Positions 46,013 to 56,280 are shown, numbered from the stretch's first letter. The stretch is DNA of 58,829 nt from a virus (IMGVR_UViG_3300026382_000018:1-58829), one strand, 5' to 3'. Notes: generated from the letters alone by a model not told the origin. Made by a program: numbers and translations.

Positions 46013-46615
46013 ATGAGTATAGTTGCAAAGTCTGATTTATCAAATGTCTCCAGATTGACATTATTAGATAAAATAAGCCTCAGAATTATGAATTTAGGAG
46101 ATACTCCTATTACTCCAGAACCTGGCGAAGTTATTAAGATAGAGTTTAATAGTATTAGTAATGTCTTTGATGTTCCACTAACTAACATTAGTAATATGTT
46201 ATTTGAGTTTACTTTAGTGATAAGCTACAGCTCAAGCACTAACCTAGACTTCTTTCTTTATCCCAATGGTAGCTCTTACACTGATTCGTTTGGGAGAGAT
46301 TTTATATATTTTAGAGATAATGATGGAAATAGCAATGTAGATGCTATTGGTTATCAAAGTGAGTTTATCTGCTCTTGTTTCTCTGTGGATCCTTTAGGTG
46401 GAACTGCAGATACTCATCCTATAATATATAACTTCATCATTTCTACATATACAGATTGTAAGATGATTTCAGGTCTTTGTAGTGGAAGAAAAAGTTTATG
46501 TGTAGGTTCCTGTAAATGGATTGATACTACAACCATACGGAATGATTTTGGAAAAGTAAGAATAAGTTCAGGAGGTACTATCTCAGGTATTCTTACAATT
46601 AGGAGGATAGTATAA
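46013..46615 (+). CDS. putative receptor-binding protein 1
   Basis: AKSDLSNV fibre motif followed by a beta domain. Confidence 0.5.
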   Translation: MSIVAKSDLSNVSRLTLLDKISLRIMNLGDTPITPEPGEVIKIEFNSISNVFDVPLTNISNMLFEFTLVISYSSSTNLDFFLYPNGSSYTDSFGRDFIYFRDNDGNSNVDAIGYQSEFICSCFSVDPLGGTADTHPIIYNFIISTYTDCKMISGLCSGRKSLCVGSCKWIDTTTIRNDFGKVRISSGGTISGILTIRRIV

Positions 46616-47259
46616 TGCTCTATGCTTGGATTGAGAATGGTAAAGTTGTAGCAACAGACGATAAAAAGTATGTTAAGGTATCAGAGTATCAGATATTTGA
46701 AGATTTGACATTAGATGACGTTGAGTATTTAACAGTTAAAAACAATCAAGTTGTAGATATTAGAAAAGATAGTGAGCTTTTATCTGAGTACATTTCACGA
46801 AAGAAGAAAGAGTTATTAAATAGATTGTCAGAGTTTATAACTTCTTACATCTTTTTACATTATCCAGATGCAAAGCAAAAATCAGATTTAGCTGACAAAG
46901 AGTTTTTCACAACATTACTTATAAGTAAACTATCGCTAACAGCTGACGAGATCGCAAGTAAAGTATATGAAGCATCAGCTAATATCTTATCTAACACTTC
47001 AACATTGCAAGATGAAGTAAACAAGCTATCAAAAGATGAAACGGGTAATGAGATTACTTTTACTTGGAACGGACGAACAATTCACGCTAGCTTTGTATGG
47101 GAACAGCTCATCAAGGTAGGTGTTAGAACAGGATGGGTTCAACTTGTTAAACAGAAATATTATGAAATAGAAAGTCAGATTGAGAATTTAGCAAGTTTAG
47201 ATGAAGTTGAGAACTTTAAGGTAGAAAATTCTAAACTTCCACCGTTTCCTAAAATTTAA
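46615..47259 (+). CDS. tail-fibre assembly chaperone-like protein
   Basis: Follows a fibre gene; paralog of 50947-51372. Confidence 0.55.
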   Translation: MLYAWIENGKVVATDDKKYVKVSEYQIFEDLTLDDVEYLTVKNNQVVDIRKDSELLSEYISRKKKELLNRLSEFITSYIFLHYPDAKQKSDLADKEFFTTLLISKLSLTADEIASKVYEASANILSNTSTLQDEVNKLSKDETGNEITFTWNGRTIHASFVWEQLIKVGVRTGWVQLVKQKYYEIESQIENLASLDEVENFKVENSKLPPFPKI

Positions 47260-47278
47260 ATAGGAGAGGTAAATAAAT

Positions 47279-48925
47279 ATGGCAAAGCTTGATAGTAGAT
47301 TTGTTAGTGTTGTAAGTGGATTTAAAAATAGAATTATCAATGGTGACTTTTCTGTAGCACAAAGAGGTGAATATCACTCCTTATATAATACAAGTAAATA
47401 TACCCTTGATAGGGTGCGTGTTTGGAGTGCAGAACATTACTTATCACAGTGGAGAGGTAAAATTCACGCACCAGATGAAGGAATAACTGCAAATGTGCTG
47501 GATATATTTGGAGATGGAAGTTGTGTAGCGTGTTATCCGCTAGACGGAAATGCCAACGATCTATCTGGAAAGTACAATGGTACTTGGCACGGAAATGAGC
47601 AGTATGATGTAGGGAGATTTGGACAAGCTGCAAAGTTTGATGGGAGTAGTTATATACAAACTGACTTAACAGGAGTATTACCTCAAGAATTCACAATTAG
47701 CTTGTGGATTTATGTATTGTATTCAACAGGTGAAAGCGTTGATTTAGGACTAGGTACAACTCATGATGAAACTTTAACATTAATTACAAATAGAGACGGT
47801 AAATTTTGCTTTTATTCAGGAAGTGGAGGGATACTTTACTTTGCATTCCCTCTCCAGTTACGCAAGTGGTTTCATTTAACTGTTGTGAATAAATCTGATA
47901 AATCATATTTATATGTTGATGGAGTCTTAAGGGCTACACATAGTGCACTACATAGAGCAAGTAGCGAGCTATTTAGAATAGGAGGAGGCGTTTTTGGTTC
48001 AACTCAATTTGGACATAATCTTATCGACCAAGTCCGCATCTTCAATAGAGCTTTGACTGAGGACGAAGTTAAAGCTCTATATGTTGAGTCTAACAACTAT
48101 GAAGAGCGTCCATCATATTTTCTTGTAACTAGAATTGATAACATTAACTCTAGTGCTACAAAGAGAGGTATTGCACCTTACGTATACAGATTCGAAGGAC
48201 AACACCTATATGACTTAGCAATAAGTGGTAAGAAAGTAACGCTATCTTTTGAATTTGCTTCAAATAAGAATGGAAAGTACTCTCTTTCATTTAGAAATTG
48301 TACAGATGGTAAGTACGACTCGTATGTGAGAATATTTGAATATACAGGTAATGGTAAATTCCAAAGATTTGAGTTCACATTTGACTTATCTGAATTTCCA
48401 AAGAGGTTTAAAAATGACATTAACAAAGGCTTTGAGCTAATAATATGTGGTAATCATCCTAATTTCAAAGCTCCAGGTGAAGGACTATTTTGTAATGTTG
48501 ATTATCACTTTGCAGATGGAACTAATAACTTTGATGTTGGAGATTGGTTTAAGATATCTAATATTCAACTTGAGGAGGGAGATAGAGCTACGGATTTTGA
48601 ATACGTTCCATATGATATACAATTATTAAGATGTATGAGGTATTATGAAAAAATAAACTGTCAAGGCATCTCAGCTTCTTGGGTAGATCCAACTCAAGTC
48701 TTTTGTCACATTCCTTATAAAGTAATTAAAAGAACTACACCTTCAGTAGTTGACTCACGTTTTACATATTGGACTGGTTCGTCTTCAGTAGATGTTAGTG
48801 TTAATAAATTTAGCTTATGGACTGATTCATTAATGGTTAATTTAGCTGAACCTGCTGATAGAACATATGGTAGTTCATTTCCACTGTTTAGTGGTTCTTA
48901 TGTAGTTGTTGATGCTGAGATTTAA
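47279..48925 (+). CDS. receptor-binding protein 2: carbohydrate-binding fibre domain with inserted LamG/ConA domain
   Basis: KNRIINGDF..AQRG...QLEEG..ATDFE...CMRYYE frame; inner YPLDGNAND...FTISLW...WFHL...LYVDG...IDQVRIFNRALT. Confidence 0.75.
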   Translation: MAKLDSRFVSVVSGFKNRIINGDFSVAQRGEYHSLYNTSKYTLDRVRVWSAEHYLSQWRGKIHAPDEGITANVLDIFGDGSCVACYPLDGNANDLSGKYNGTWHGNEQYDVGRFGQAAKFDGSSYIQTDLTGVLPQEFTISLWIYVLYSTGESVDLGLGTTHDETLTLITNRDGKFCFYSGSGGILYFAFPLQLRKWFHLTVVNKSDKSYLYVDGVLRATHSALHRASSELFRIGGGVFGSTQFGHNLIDQVRIFNRALTEDEVKALYVESNNYEERPSYFLVTRIDNINSSATKRGIAPYVYRFEGQHLYDLAISGKKVTLSFEFASNKNGKYSLSFRNCTDGKYDSYVRIFEYTGNGKFQRFEFTFDLSEFPKRFKNDINKGFELIICGNHPNFKAPGEGLFCNVDYHFADGTNNFDVGDWFKISNIQLEEGDRATDFEYVPYDIQLLRCMRYYEKINCQGISASWVDPTQVFCHIPYKVIKRTTPSVVDSRFTYWTGSSSVDVSVNKFSLWTDSLMVNLAEPADRTYGSSFPLFSGSYVVVDAEI

Positions 48926-48942
48926 ATTAGGAGGAGTTACTA

Positions 48943-49581
48943 ATGATAGATCTTCAGAACATAAAGTCAGTTAAGGAAGTTAGAGACATAACTAAATATA
49001 GTGTCAGTTTAGACTCTAATGGAAATAAAAGATTAGAAATTCCTCCTGTTGAGGGATATATTCTGACAATATCAGAAGAAATGCAAGATAGAATAATATA
49101 TGTTCCTGTTGATGCATCAAATAAATATTATCAGTCAATACAATCTTGGATAGAGTTAGGAAATACTCCACAATGTGCTCATACTGAAGAAGAGCTCTTA
49201 GAATACTATAAAAAAGTAAAACTAAAAGAGCTTAAGATTTCGTTTGAAGATTATAGATATAATAAAGCAAAGATATTTTCAAAAACTATTAATAAGTATG
49301 TTGATGCTAGAGAACGCGATTTGATTAATATAGATGCTCTAATTTCATCTCTTTCTGACAACAGTACAACCATACAATTTAGAACTTATGAAAATGACTT
49401 TATTGAAATAACAAAACCTCAACTTGAATCAATCAAACAAGAGATAATAGCATATGGATTAAAACTATATCAAAGAAAGTGGGAAATTGAAAGAAAAATC
49501 TCAAATGAAACTTATATTATCAATTTAATTGAAATGAAAATCACTGATAAACTCTGGGATATAGATGATGGAGGAAAATAA
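48943..49581 (+). CDS. tail-fibre chaperone (DUF4376-like)
   Basis: VPVDASNKYYQ...W...GNTP; FRTYEN.F. Confidence 0.6.
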   Translation: MIDLQNIKSVKEVRDITKYSVSLDSNGNKRLEIPPVEGYILTISEEMQDRIIYVPVDASNKYYQSIQSWIELGNTPQCAHTEEELLEYYKKVKLKELKISFEDYRYNKAKIFSKTINKYVDARERDLINIDALISSLSDNSTTIQFRTYENDFIEITKPQLESIKQEIIAYGLKLYQRKWEIERKISNETYIINLIEMKITDKLWDIDDGGK

Positions 49582-50942
49582 TGAGCTTGTCTCAATTTTT
49601 CTTTCAGATTGCACCTAATTCTTCAGTCTCCTTACCTGAAGGTATAAAGTTTGCTCCAGACGGTTCAATTAGGTTTATTGGCAATGCTACGGTATTCTCA
49701 GATCAAGTTACCCATAACATAGTTCCAGACAAGGATATAGTCGGATATGTACTTTCAGCTTCTGAGACTGAAGTAAATGTTGATTATGGAGTGCTTGAAA
49801 ATAAGGTCTACGTCAGAGTGAAAGGACTAAATCCTGGAGAAAAGATTTACTACTACTTTACTAAATCAAGTACAGGAAAACCTAGAAATGATAAAGTCTT
49901 TTATTGGTATGATGACTTTGAAAACTACAACACTACTGACGACCTAAAGAAGAAATACTCTACAGGTGGACACAAGCCTTGGCTTGTAGATATGAAAGAA
50001 AGATATTTAGGAACTAGGTCAGTATGCTCTGATCCTAGTATAACTGATGGACAAAATAGCTATCTTCAGCTTTCACTAGACATACCAGAAGAAGCTATAA
50101 TCTCTTTCTATCAAAAGGTAAGCTCAGAGCGAGGTTGGGATTTTCTCAGATTCTATATAGACGGTAGTCAAGTCTCAGCTATCTCAGGTGAGGTTAACTG
50201 GACTAAGTTTGAGAGACAGGTAAGTAAAGGAATACATTCGTTTAAGTGGATATACACTAAAGATGGTTCAGTTACTAGAGGTGCAGATAAAGGCTGGATT
50301 GATAACTTAGTAGTACGTTCTGCTTTAGATACACTGCATACTGAAATTGAAGAGCTCGCTCCAGGTCAGTATAAAGTTACTATAATGAATAATACTCCTG
50401 AGATCATTAGTGATGCTCAAATCAAGATTCCAGGTTTACCTGTAGACAATTATGTAGTCGTAGCAAGGTCTATAACTCCAACCTTAACAACTATAGCGTT
50501 TCCTCCAGGCAAGATTTCTTCCATTCAGTTCTATACTCAGTTTTCTCACGATATAAAGATAGGAAGTACTTGTAGATTTCACTTGCATACGTTTATTCCA
50601 CCTGATGCTACTCCAGGTAAGGTTAAGTTCCAACTTGAGTGGAAGACTTTACCTGTAGAAAGAGTTATTGGGGATGAAAGGATAACCGAAGGAAACTTTT
50701 CAATTTCTACACATAAGATTACTAAAGTATTTGAGATAACCGAAGAAGATATAGGTAAACACGTAGTTTTAAACTTTGGTGAGATAGATAAAGTATTTTC
50801 CATCTCACAAATAATTTTTCATAGACTTACTAGACTTGGAGTTCACGAAGAGGATACCTTTAACTATGAAATACCCATATTATTTGTCGACTGGCATACT
50901 GAGATAGACTCACTTGGTTCTCAAGATGAGTTTGTAAAGTGA
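49581..50942 (+). CDS. putative receptor-binding protein 3 with inserted jelly-roll domains
   Basis: VFYWYDDFE, ISFYQKVSSE..WDFL.FYIDG...SGE..W...H.FKW.Y.KD...WIDN. Confidence 0.6.
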   Translation: MSLSQFFFQIAPNSSVSLPEGIKFAPDGSIRFIGNATVFSDQVTHNIVPDKDIVGYVLSASETEVNVDYGVLENKVYVRVKGLNPGEKIYYYFTKSSTGKPRNDKVFYWYDDFENYNTTDDLKKKYSTGGHKPWLVDMKERYLGTRSVCSDPSITDGQNSYLQLSLDIPEEAIISFYQKVSSERGWDFLRFYIDGSQVSAISGEVNWTKFERQVSKGIHSFKWIYTKDGSVTRGADKGWIDNLVVRSALDTLHTEIEELAPGQYKVTIMNNTPEIISDAQIKIPGLPVDNYVVVARSITPTLTTIAFPPGKISSIQFYTQFSHDIKIGSTCRFHLHTFIPPDATPGKVKFQLEWKTLPVERVIGDERITEGNFSISTHKITKVFEITEEDIGKHVVLNFGEIDKVFSISQIIFHRLTRLGVHEEDTFNYEIPILFVDWHTEIDSLGSQDEFVK

Positions 50943-50946
50943 GGTA

Positions 50947-51372
50947 ATGAAAATGACTGAAAGAGAATCTATCTTATCTCAACTTACTACAAGTTTTATA
51001 CAAAGATACTATCCTGAGTGGAAACAGAGAAGTGACGAAGTAGACTGGAAACTTCATACTACAAGACTTGTTACTTATTCTGAAGGTAGACTTACTATAG
51101 ATAAAATTAGTAAACTCATATATCAAGCATCAGCTAGAATACTTGAGGAGAAATCTGACTTTAATACTGAACTTGATAATCTCTGTAGTATATTTGACTT
51201 GAGAAGTAGTTGGGAACAACTTCTCAAAGTTGGAATAAGAACAGGTTGGGTAGGCTTGATAAAAAGACTTTACTATCAAATTCTAAACGACACTTCTATT
51301 CCCAATGAGAGACTATATTTCGTAGTAAGGTCAACTTATGTACCACTGACAAAATTTTTACCTGAGAGGTAA
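50947..51372 (+). CDS. chaperone-like paralog of 46615-47259
   Basis: Shared YP..KQ.SD and WEQL.KVG.RTGWV.L.K motifs. Confidence 0.6.
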   Translation: MKMTERESILSQLTTSFIQRYYPEWKQRSDEVDWKLHTTRLVTYSEGRLTIDKISKLIYQASARILEEKSDFNTELDNLCSIFDLRSSWEQLLKVGIRTGWVGLIKRLYYQILNDTSIPNERLYFVVRSTYVPLTKFLPER

Positions 51373-51375
51373 ACT

Positions 51376-51741
51376 ATGATACAAGTCTTTAATGCTGAAG
51401 GTAAGAAAATAGCTGAAGCTGAAACTAGCATCAAGGCTGAAGTAAGTAATGCTAGAAGAGATTGTATGATTTATGTAGACTACATTCAAGGAAGTGAGGA
51501 TAACATCGTAATTTCATTTGAGACTAAGGAAGCTACTACTAAGAGCACTTTTCCAATTCAAGTTGATAATGGAACAGCTATAGTTCCGTATAGACGGACC
51601 TTGACTCGAGGTAAGTATAGAATTTACTTACCTATGGCTGAGAATGAAGAAGCACTGGTAGTAAATATCACTATGCAAGGAGACACTTCTTCTCCAGGTA
51701 CAGTTAAGGTCTGGGTTATTCCTACTTATCATTCTTACTAG
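51376..51741 (+). CDS. hypothetical beta-rich virion protein
   Basis: GAGAGGT RBS. Confidence 0.55.
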   Translation: MIQVFNAEGKKIAEAETSIKAEVSNARRDCMIYVDYIQGSEDNIVISFETKEATTKSTFPIQVDNGTAIVPYRRTLTRGKYRIYLPMAENEEALVVNITMQGDTSSPGTVKVWVIPTYHSY

Positions 51742-51753
51742 TGAGGTGAGGGT

Positions 51754-51972
51754 ATGCTAAATTATGATAAACTTCTTCACTTCATAGCTGGATTTTGTAT
51801 AGCTCTTTTCACTTACCAGATAACTTACAGTCATAAGCTTGCTACTTATGTTACTCTTATCATAGCTATAGCTAAAGAAATCTACGATCATATATCTACT
51901 AACCATATATCTGATTTTAATGATATCATCGCAACCCTAGTAGGTGGACTAACATACTTACATCTTAGCTAG
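51754..51972 (+). CDS. small membrane protein (VanZ-like)
   Basis: DKLLHF...KE..D...DIIAT..GG. Confidence 0.65.
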   Translation: MLNYDKLLHFIAGFCIALFTYQITYSHKLATYVTLIIAIAKEIYDHISTNHISDFNDIIATLVGGLTYLHLS

Positions 51973-51984
51973 AGAGGTTATCAA

Positions 51985-52398
51985 ATGAACTTGTATGAGT
52001 TTCTTGATAGGTTAATTACTTCATATCCGCTATACAAGTCAGTAACGTTAGTGTTTTTGATGGGAGCTGGTGGAGTAACTGGATTTGTTGTTACCAGAGG
52101 TGCATATACACTATTTATCAAGAAGGTACTATCTGAACCAAGTAAGAATACTCCATCAACTTCGACTGACGTTTTAAAAGAGATAGAAATCAAGCTCAAC
52201 TCAATTGAACTATTGCTCAAGACTCATAAGGAAGTTAACGATACTAAACTCAGTCAGTTACTAGACCTTATTAAGGAAGTCAAAGAAACCATTATGAAGT
52301 TCCGAGAGTACTTTGATACCTCAAATAAAGAGATCAGAAGTTCACTAAACAATATAGAAGATAGAATTCGCGAAATCTCTTGGAGAGGAGATGAATAA
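51985..52398 (+). CDS. membrane-anchored coiled-coil protein (holin/antiholin candidate)
   Basis: One N-terminal TM followed by coiled coil; lies in the lysis region. Confidence 0.5.
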   Translation: MNLYEFLDRLITSYPLYKSVTLVFLMGAGGVTGFVVTRGAYTLFIKKVLSEPSKNTPSTSTDVLKEIEIKLNSIELLLKTHKEVNDTKLSQLLDLIKEVKETIMKFREYFDTSNKEIRSSLNNIEDRIREISWRGDE

Positions 52399-53144
52399 TG
52401 AACTGCAAAGAGTGTGGACTGTGTAAAAAGATATCTGATATTGACATAGCTTTTACTATTCCTACTAGCTCAGATTTTTTAAAAGTTGACACTGATATTA
52501 GACTTGTATCCACAGTTAACAAAATATTATCTCAGATCACTAGAATGGTATCTCAGTCGCTACTTGATTTGAGACTCAGCAAATTTAAATTTTGTCATTG
52601 TACCTACTATATCATTAAGGTAAAGTCGTCTCTATGGACAAACTTCTTACTACAAGCACTTAACTTCTTTGAAGCTAAGATTTATTATGACTGTGAGAAT
52701 TTAAGTAAGTTACTTATCAAGTTATCAGATGACATTGAGCGTACATATATATCAAAAATAAAGGATTTAAATACCGAAATAGCTCATAAGTTTCTAGAAG
52801 TTCATAAGAAACCTCATACTATTTTCAGAAAGAGACTTGAAGGTATTGATAGTAATGAAGTTTTGTCGTCAGTTCAAATTCTAGGTGACTATATTCAAGC
52901 TATCATAGCTATGTCAGTCTGCACATCAGCTTCAATTGACTTAAAGCTAAAGGGAGAAAACTACCTTTTTATACTTCCAGAGGTATTCTTGCTTAATGAC
53001 AGCTTTAGCTATATTGAAACTATAGTCAAAGCGTTAGATTTTGATAAGTTTAGAATTTACTATATCAACCCTGCACCTCGTAGTAAATTACTCACAAAAT
53101 ACTACTTAGAGAAAGCTAATCTACTTGATAAGGTGATACTATGA
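52398..53144 (+). CDS. hypothetical protein
   Basis: GAGGAG RBS; N-terminal CxxCxxC. Confidence 0.6.
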   Translation: MNCKECGLCKKISDIDIAFTIPTSSDFLKVDTDIRLVSTVNKILSQITRMVSQSLLDLRLSKFKFCHCTYYIIKVKSSLWTNFLLQALNFFEAKIYYDCENLSKLLIKLSDDIERTYISKIKDLNTEIAHKFLEVHKKPHTIFRKRLEGIDSNEVLSSVQILGDYIQAIIAMSVCTSASIDLKLKGENYLFILPEVFLLNDSFSYIETIVKALDFDKFRIYYINPAPRSKLLTKYYLEKANLLDKVIL

Positions 53145-53563
53145 GAGTCTTGATATCACTGCTTACTAGTCGCATCTCAATTTCACTTGTAGCTGTAGCT
53201 ATAGTATATGTCCAGTTAACTTACTTTAAACTTAAGTTAGAATACTATACCCAGAAGATACATAATCTAAAGTCTCAAGTTAGCTATCTCAAATCTGAGA
53301 ATCAAGATTTGAAAAGTAGACTAGAATATATCAAGTCAAAGTTATCTGCTTGTGAGATATCTAAAGAGAATTTAGAAAATACCATAGATAAACTTGTTAA
53401 GGAAAAGGATTTACTCATTTCTAGAATAGTTAAACTTCACCAATCAAATCTTAAGCTCAAAAGGTATAGGAAAGTAAACATCACCAATACTACAATAAAG
53501 GTTGAGGTAAATCCTGACGATGAGGTTACTAAAGTATTTAATCTACTTTCTTCTGGTAAGTGA
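53141..53563 (+). CDS. inner-membrane spanin (Rz-like)
   Basis: N-terminal TM followed by coiled coil; overlaps the lipoprotein gene. Confidence 0.7.
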   Translation: MRVLISLLTSRISISLVAVAIVYVQLTYFKLKLEYYTQKIHNLKSQVSYLKSENQDLKSRLEYIKSKLSACEISKENLENTIDKLVKEKDLLISRIVKLHQSNLKLKRYRKVNITNTTIKVEVNPDDEVTKVFNLLSSGK

Positions 53564-53831
53564 GTTTCTCTTTATGTTAGGTTGTCATAACGAACCTAAG
53601 GTCATAACGAAAGTAGTATACCGAGATAGAGTAATCTATAAGCAATCTTGTCCTAATCTCTCCTTTCCGGAGTTTCCTAAACTTAACATATATAAAGTTG
53701 AATATAATAGTTCAATCTATTACTGCTTTGATGTGACTTCAATTAAGTTATTAACCAAGTACTTACTTCAGATAAAAGACCTAGAAAAGACTTACAAGAC
53801 TCTAACTGGAGAGAAGAATGAAACGAAATAG
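53520..53831 (+). CDS. outer-membrane spanin lipoprotein (Rz1-like)
   Basis: Lipobox FMLG-C, Pro-rich segment, overlaps i-spanin end. Confidence 0.7.
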   Translation: MRLLKYLIYFLLVSEFLFMLGCHNEPKVITKVVYRDRVIYKQSCPNLSFPEFPKLNIYKVEYNSSIYYCFDVTSIKLLTKYLLQIKDLEKTYKTLTGEKNETK

Positions 53832-54123
53832 TTATTTTATCACCAAAGAAGACTACGACGCGATGTTTGAAAAGATGCACTCTTTAGAAGAAAGATTAGT
53901 TCATCTTGAAGAGCGTATTCATTACTTAGAACATAAGCTAAATAAAGAGTGTGCTACTCATAATGAGATTCTTGTTAGAAAGATAAGAGATATAAACGAT
54001 AAGCTAGCAAGACTTCAAAGTGATATTTTAAAACTGAGGCAAGATATGTCAAGTAAGTACTTGAATTTTATTGTAATCTCAGCACTACTGGGAATAGTCT
54101 TACTATACTTAATTCTGAAATAG
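53818..54123 (+). CDS. coiled-coil protein with C-terminal TM
   Basis: Heptad repeats followed by FIVISALLGIVLLYLIL. Confidence 0.6.
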   Translation: MKRNSYFITKEDYDAMFEKMHSLEERLVHLEERIHYLEHKLNKECATHNEILVRKIRDINDKLARLQSDILKLRQDMSSKYLNFIVISALLGIVLLYLILK

Positions 54124-54132
54124 GAGGAGGTT

Positions 54133-54384
54133 ATGATACTTAGCAAAGACGACTTAGAACTCATTCTCATTTCAAAGTCTCTTGGACTTGTAGGTATTAT
54201 ATTTGTTGCTATCATAGTAGTTTTCTTTGTAAGGTTAGCTTTAGGAGTAGTATTTAAGGACGAGTTTGAGTTTATTCATAGTGAAATTAAGAAAGGAAAC
54301 ACAGCTGTGGCTATCTATGCAGGGGTGATAATAGGATGCATAGCGTTAGGACTTATCTACGCAATATCAAACTTTCTGCTTTAA
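54133..54384 (+). CDS. two-TM protein (DUF350-like), holin candidate
   Basis: EIKKGNTAVAI motif between two TM helices; overlaps the endolysin gene. Confidence 0.6.
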   Translation: MILSKDDLELILISKSLGLVGIIFVAIIVVFFVRLALGVVFKDEFEFIHSEIKKGNTAVAIYAGVIIGCIALGLIYAISNFLL

Positions 54385-54860
54385 TCTTACTTTCAGTAGC
54401 GTTTGGAATAACTAAGAAATATGATAAGTATTTCATAGTTTACTCTCACATCTACTTTCCTTATCTTGACTGGAGATGGTTCAAAGCTCAAGCTATAGCT
54501 GAAAGCTCACTTAATCCTAAAGCTAAGTCAAAAGTAGGAGCTATTGGACTTATGCAAATAATGTCGTCTACGGCTAGGTGGTTAGGAGTAGATCCAAATA
54601 AACTCTACATACCTTGCACAGCCATAGCTACTGGAATAAGGTATGATAAGTGGTTAGAAAGATTCTGGAGACGGAAATCCAGTATTGAGTATCTCAGCTT
54701 ACTTGACTTCATCTTTGCAAGCTACAATGCAGGTCCAGGCAGAGTGTACAAATCATATAGAAAGACTAAATCTAAGTATATTTATGACCTTAGTCTACCT
54801 AGAGAGACTATAAATTACGTTACCAAAATCAAGTATTACTACTATCTGAAACTGAGGTAA
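54336..54860 (+). CDS. SLT-family lytic transglycosylase (endolysin) with signal peptide
   Basis: AES.LNP.A.S.VGA.GLMQIM, ASYNAGPGRV, ET.NYV; hydrophobic N-terminus. Confidence 0.9.
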   Translation: MHSVRTYLRNIKLSALILLSVAFGITKKYDKYFIVYSHIYFPYLDWRWFKAQAIAESSLNPKAKSKVGAIGLMQIMSSTARWLGVDPNKLYIPCTAIATGIRYDKWLERFWRRKSSIEYLSLLDFIFASYNAGPGRVYKSYRKTKSKYIYDLSLPRETINYVTKIKYYYYLKLR

Positions 54861-54866
54861 CTTGTT

Positions 54867-55430
54867 ATGCTTCCAGTTATAAAAGATGCTTACAATAAAG
54901 CCAGAAGTGAGAAAAGATATGAAGTGAGAGTGGTCTTTTTTGAAGGTATCTCCATCGTATCTAAACTGATAAAGTGGTTTACTAGATCAAGATTTTCTCA
55001 CGTTGGATTTGATTTAGGAGATGGAGTTCATTTAGTTGAAGCTTGGGAAGATACTAGAAATAAACTGCTAGGTATCTTTGGGGCTAAATGGCAACTTACC
55101 ACTTACAAGTATCATACTCCAGAAACTCCCTACATAATACTAACTAAGAAAGTTGATATTTCAGTTTTATCTCATTATTATTACATTCTAGATTTTATAG
55201 CTCAAGCTAAAATACCGTATGACTGGAAGGAGATATTAGGATTTATCTTTAAGTGGAGGGAAAAAGAATCAGATGGAAAGTTTATCTGCTCCACTGGAAC
55301 TTGTTTTATCCTGCAGTGGTTAAGTATACTACCTAAAGAGTTACCTTATTGGAGAATGAGTCCACAAGATGTATTTGAAGTGTGCATAGCTAACGGATTT
55401 GAGATAGCTAAGACTGGAGTGGTGAAATGA
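54867..55430 (+). CDS. permuted papain-like NlpC/P60 (YiiX/YebB-type) enzyme
   Basis: IKWFTRSRFSHVG, EA, PYD, FICS, SPQD (His precedes Cys). Confidence 0.8.
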   Translation: MLPVIKDAYNKARSEKRYEVRVVFFEGISIVSKLIKWFTRSRFSHVGFDLGDGVHLVEAWEDTRNKLLGIFGAKWQLTTYKYHTPETPYIILTKKVDISVLSHYYYILDFIAQAKIPYDWKEILGFIFKWREKESDGKFICSTGTCFILQWLSILPKELPYWRMSPQDVFEVCIANGFEIAKTGVVK

Positions 55431-55981
55431 CTAGAAGTGAGTTTGAGAAGTGGTTAGATGAGGCTAAAAGTTATTGGAGTGAGAATGGAGGAAGTTATAA
55501 AAGTGAGATATTAGGTTATCTAAATGACTTAAAGTCTTATATAGACTCACTAATAAAGACTATACCTCAAGTAAAACTTAAGAGACTACTTATCACTGTA
55601 AAGTCATATCTTACAATGAAGAATGTCAGAGTTGAAGGTTACTCAAATCTAGTTGAAGATGTACCTATAGAACCTAGTGAGATAGTTCCTACATATGCTA
55701 ACTTTACTTTACCTGACTATAAAACTCTATTTATAGTAAGCTCAACTTTAGATACTACTAACTATGATAAGCTAAAGTCAGATTTGAGTAAGATATACTC
55801 AAGTATACCTAACGAAGTAGATAACTTTATAGAAAGATTAGCTAACGCTAGTATTGACTTACAAGTAGTGTTAGCTTTAGGTGGAGTTAAAACTACAACT
55901 CAAAATTGCTCTGATTGTGATTCTGTTATGCTACATGTAGTAGGTTATCTTCAGTCAGAATTTAACTTGAGGTTACCATAA
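55427..55981 (+). CDS. hypothetical protein
   Basis: Translationally coupled ORF. Confidence 0.6.
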   Translation: MTRSEFEKWLDEAKSYWSENGGSYKSEILGYLNDLKSYIDSLIKTIPQVKLKRLLITVKSYLTMKNVRVEGYSNLVEDVPIEPSEIVPTYANFTLPDYKTLFIVSSTLDTTNYDKLKSDLSKIYSSIPNEVDNFIERLANASIDLQVVLALGGVKTTTQNCSDCDSVMLHVVGYLQSEFNLRLP

Positions 55982-56280
55982 TGCCAGGTCATGCTAGATT
56001 TGGGGATATAGCTGTTGGAGTTTGCATATGTCATCCAATTCCCATACCTACAATAGCAATTCTAGTTACATTCTCAGGAGACGTTATCACTAATAGTAGA
56101 GGTACAGTCAGGTGTGCTGATATAGGAATTACTCCTTGTGGACATATAGGCGTAGTGGTGACTTGCTCTGGAGATGTTATCACTAACGAAAGAGGAACTG
56201 CTAGATGTGGTGATGCTCTAGTAGGATGCTTCAATGGAGTAATAGCAACTTGTTCTGGAGATACTTATAGCAATGGTTGA
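55981..56280 (+). CDS. PAAR-like spike tip protein (T4 gp5.4-like)
   Basis: Three ARxGD-type repeats, CxCH and CGH metal ligands, SGDVITN repeats. Confidence 0.85.
   Translation: MPGHARFGDIAVGVCICHPIPIPTIAILVTFSGDVITNSRGTVRCADIGITPCGHIGVVVTCSGDVITNERGTARCGDALVGCFNGVIATCSGDTYSNG

Noticed and set aside
44578-50942. Diversity-generating retroelement or invertible fibre cassette
   Set aside because: No reverse transcriptase or invertase, no adenine-variant repeat pair noticed, and all fibre genes are co-oriented
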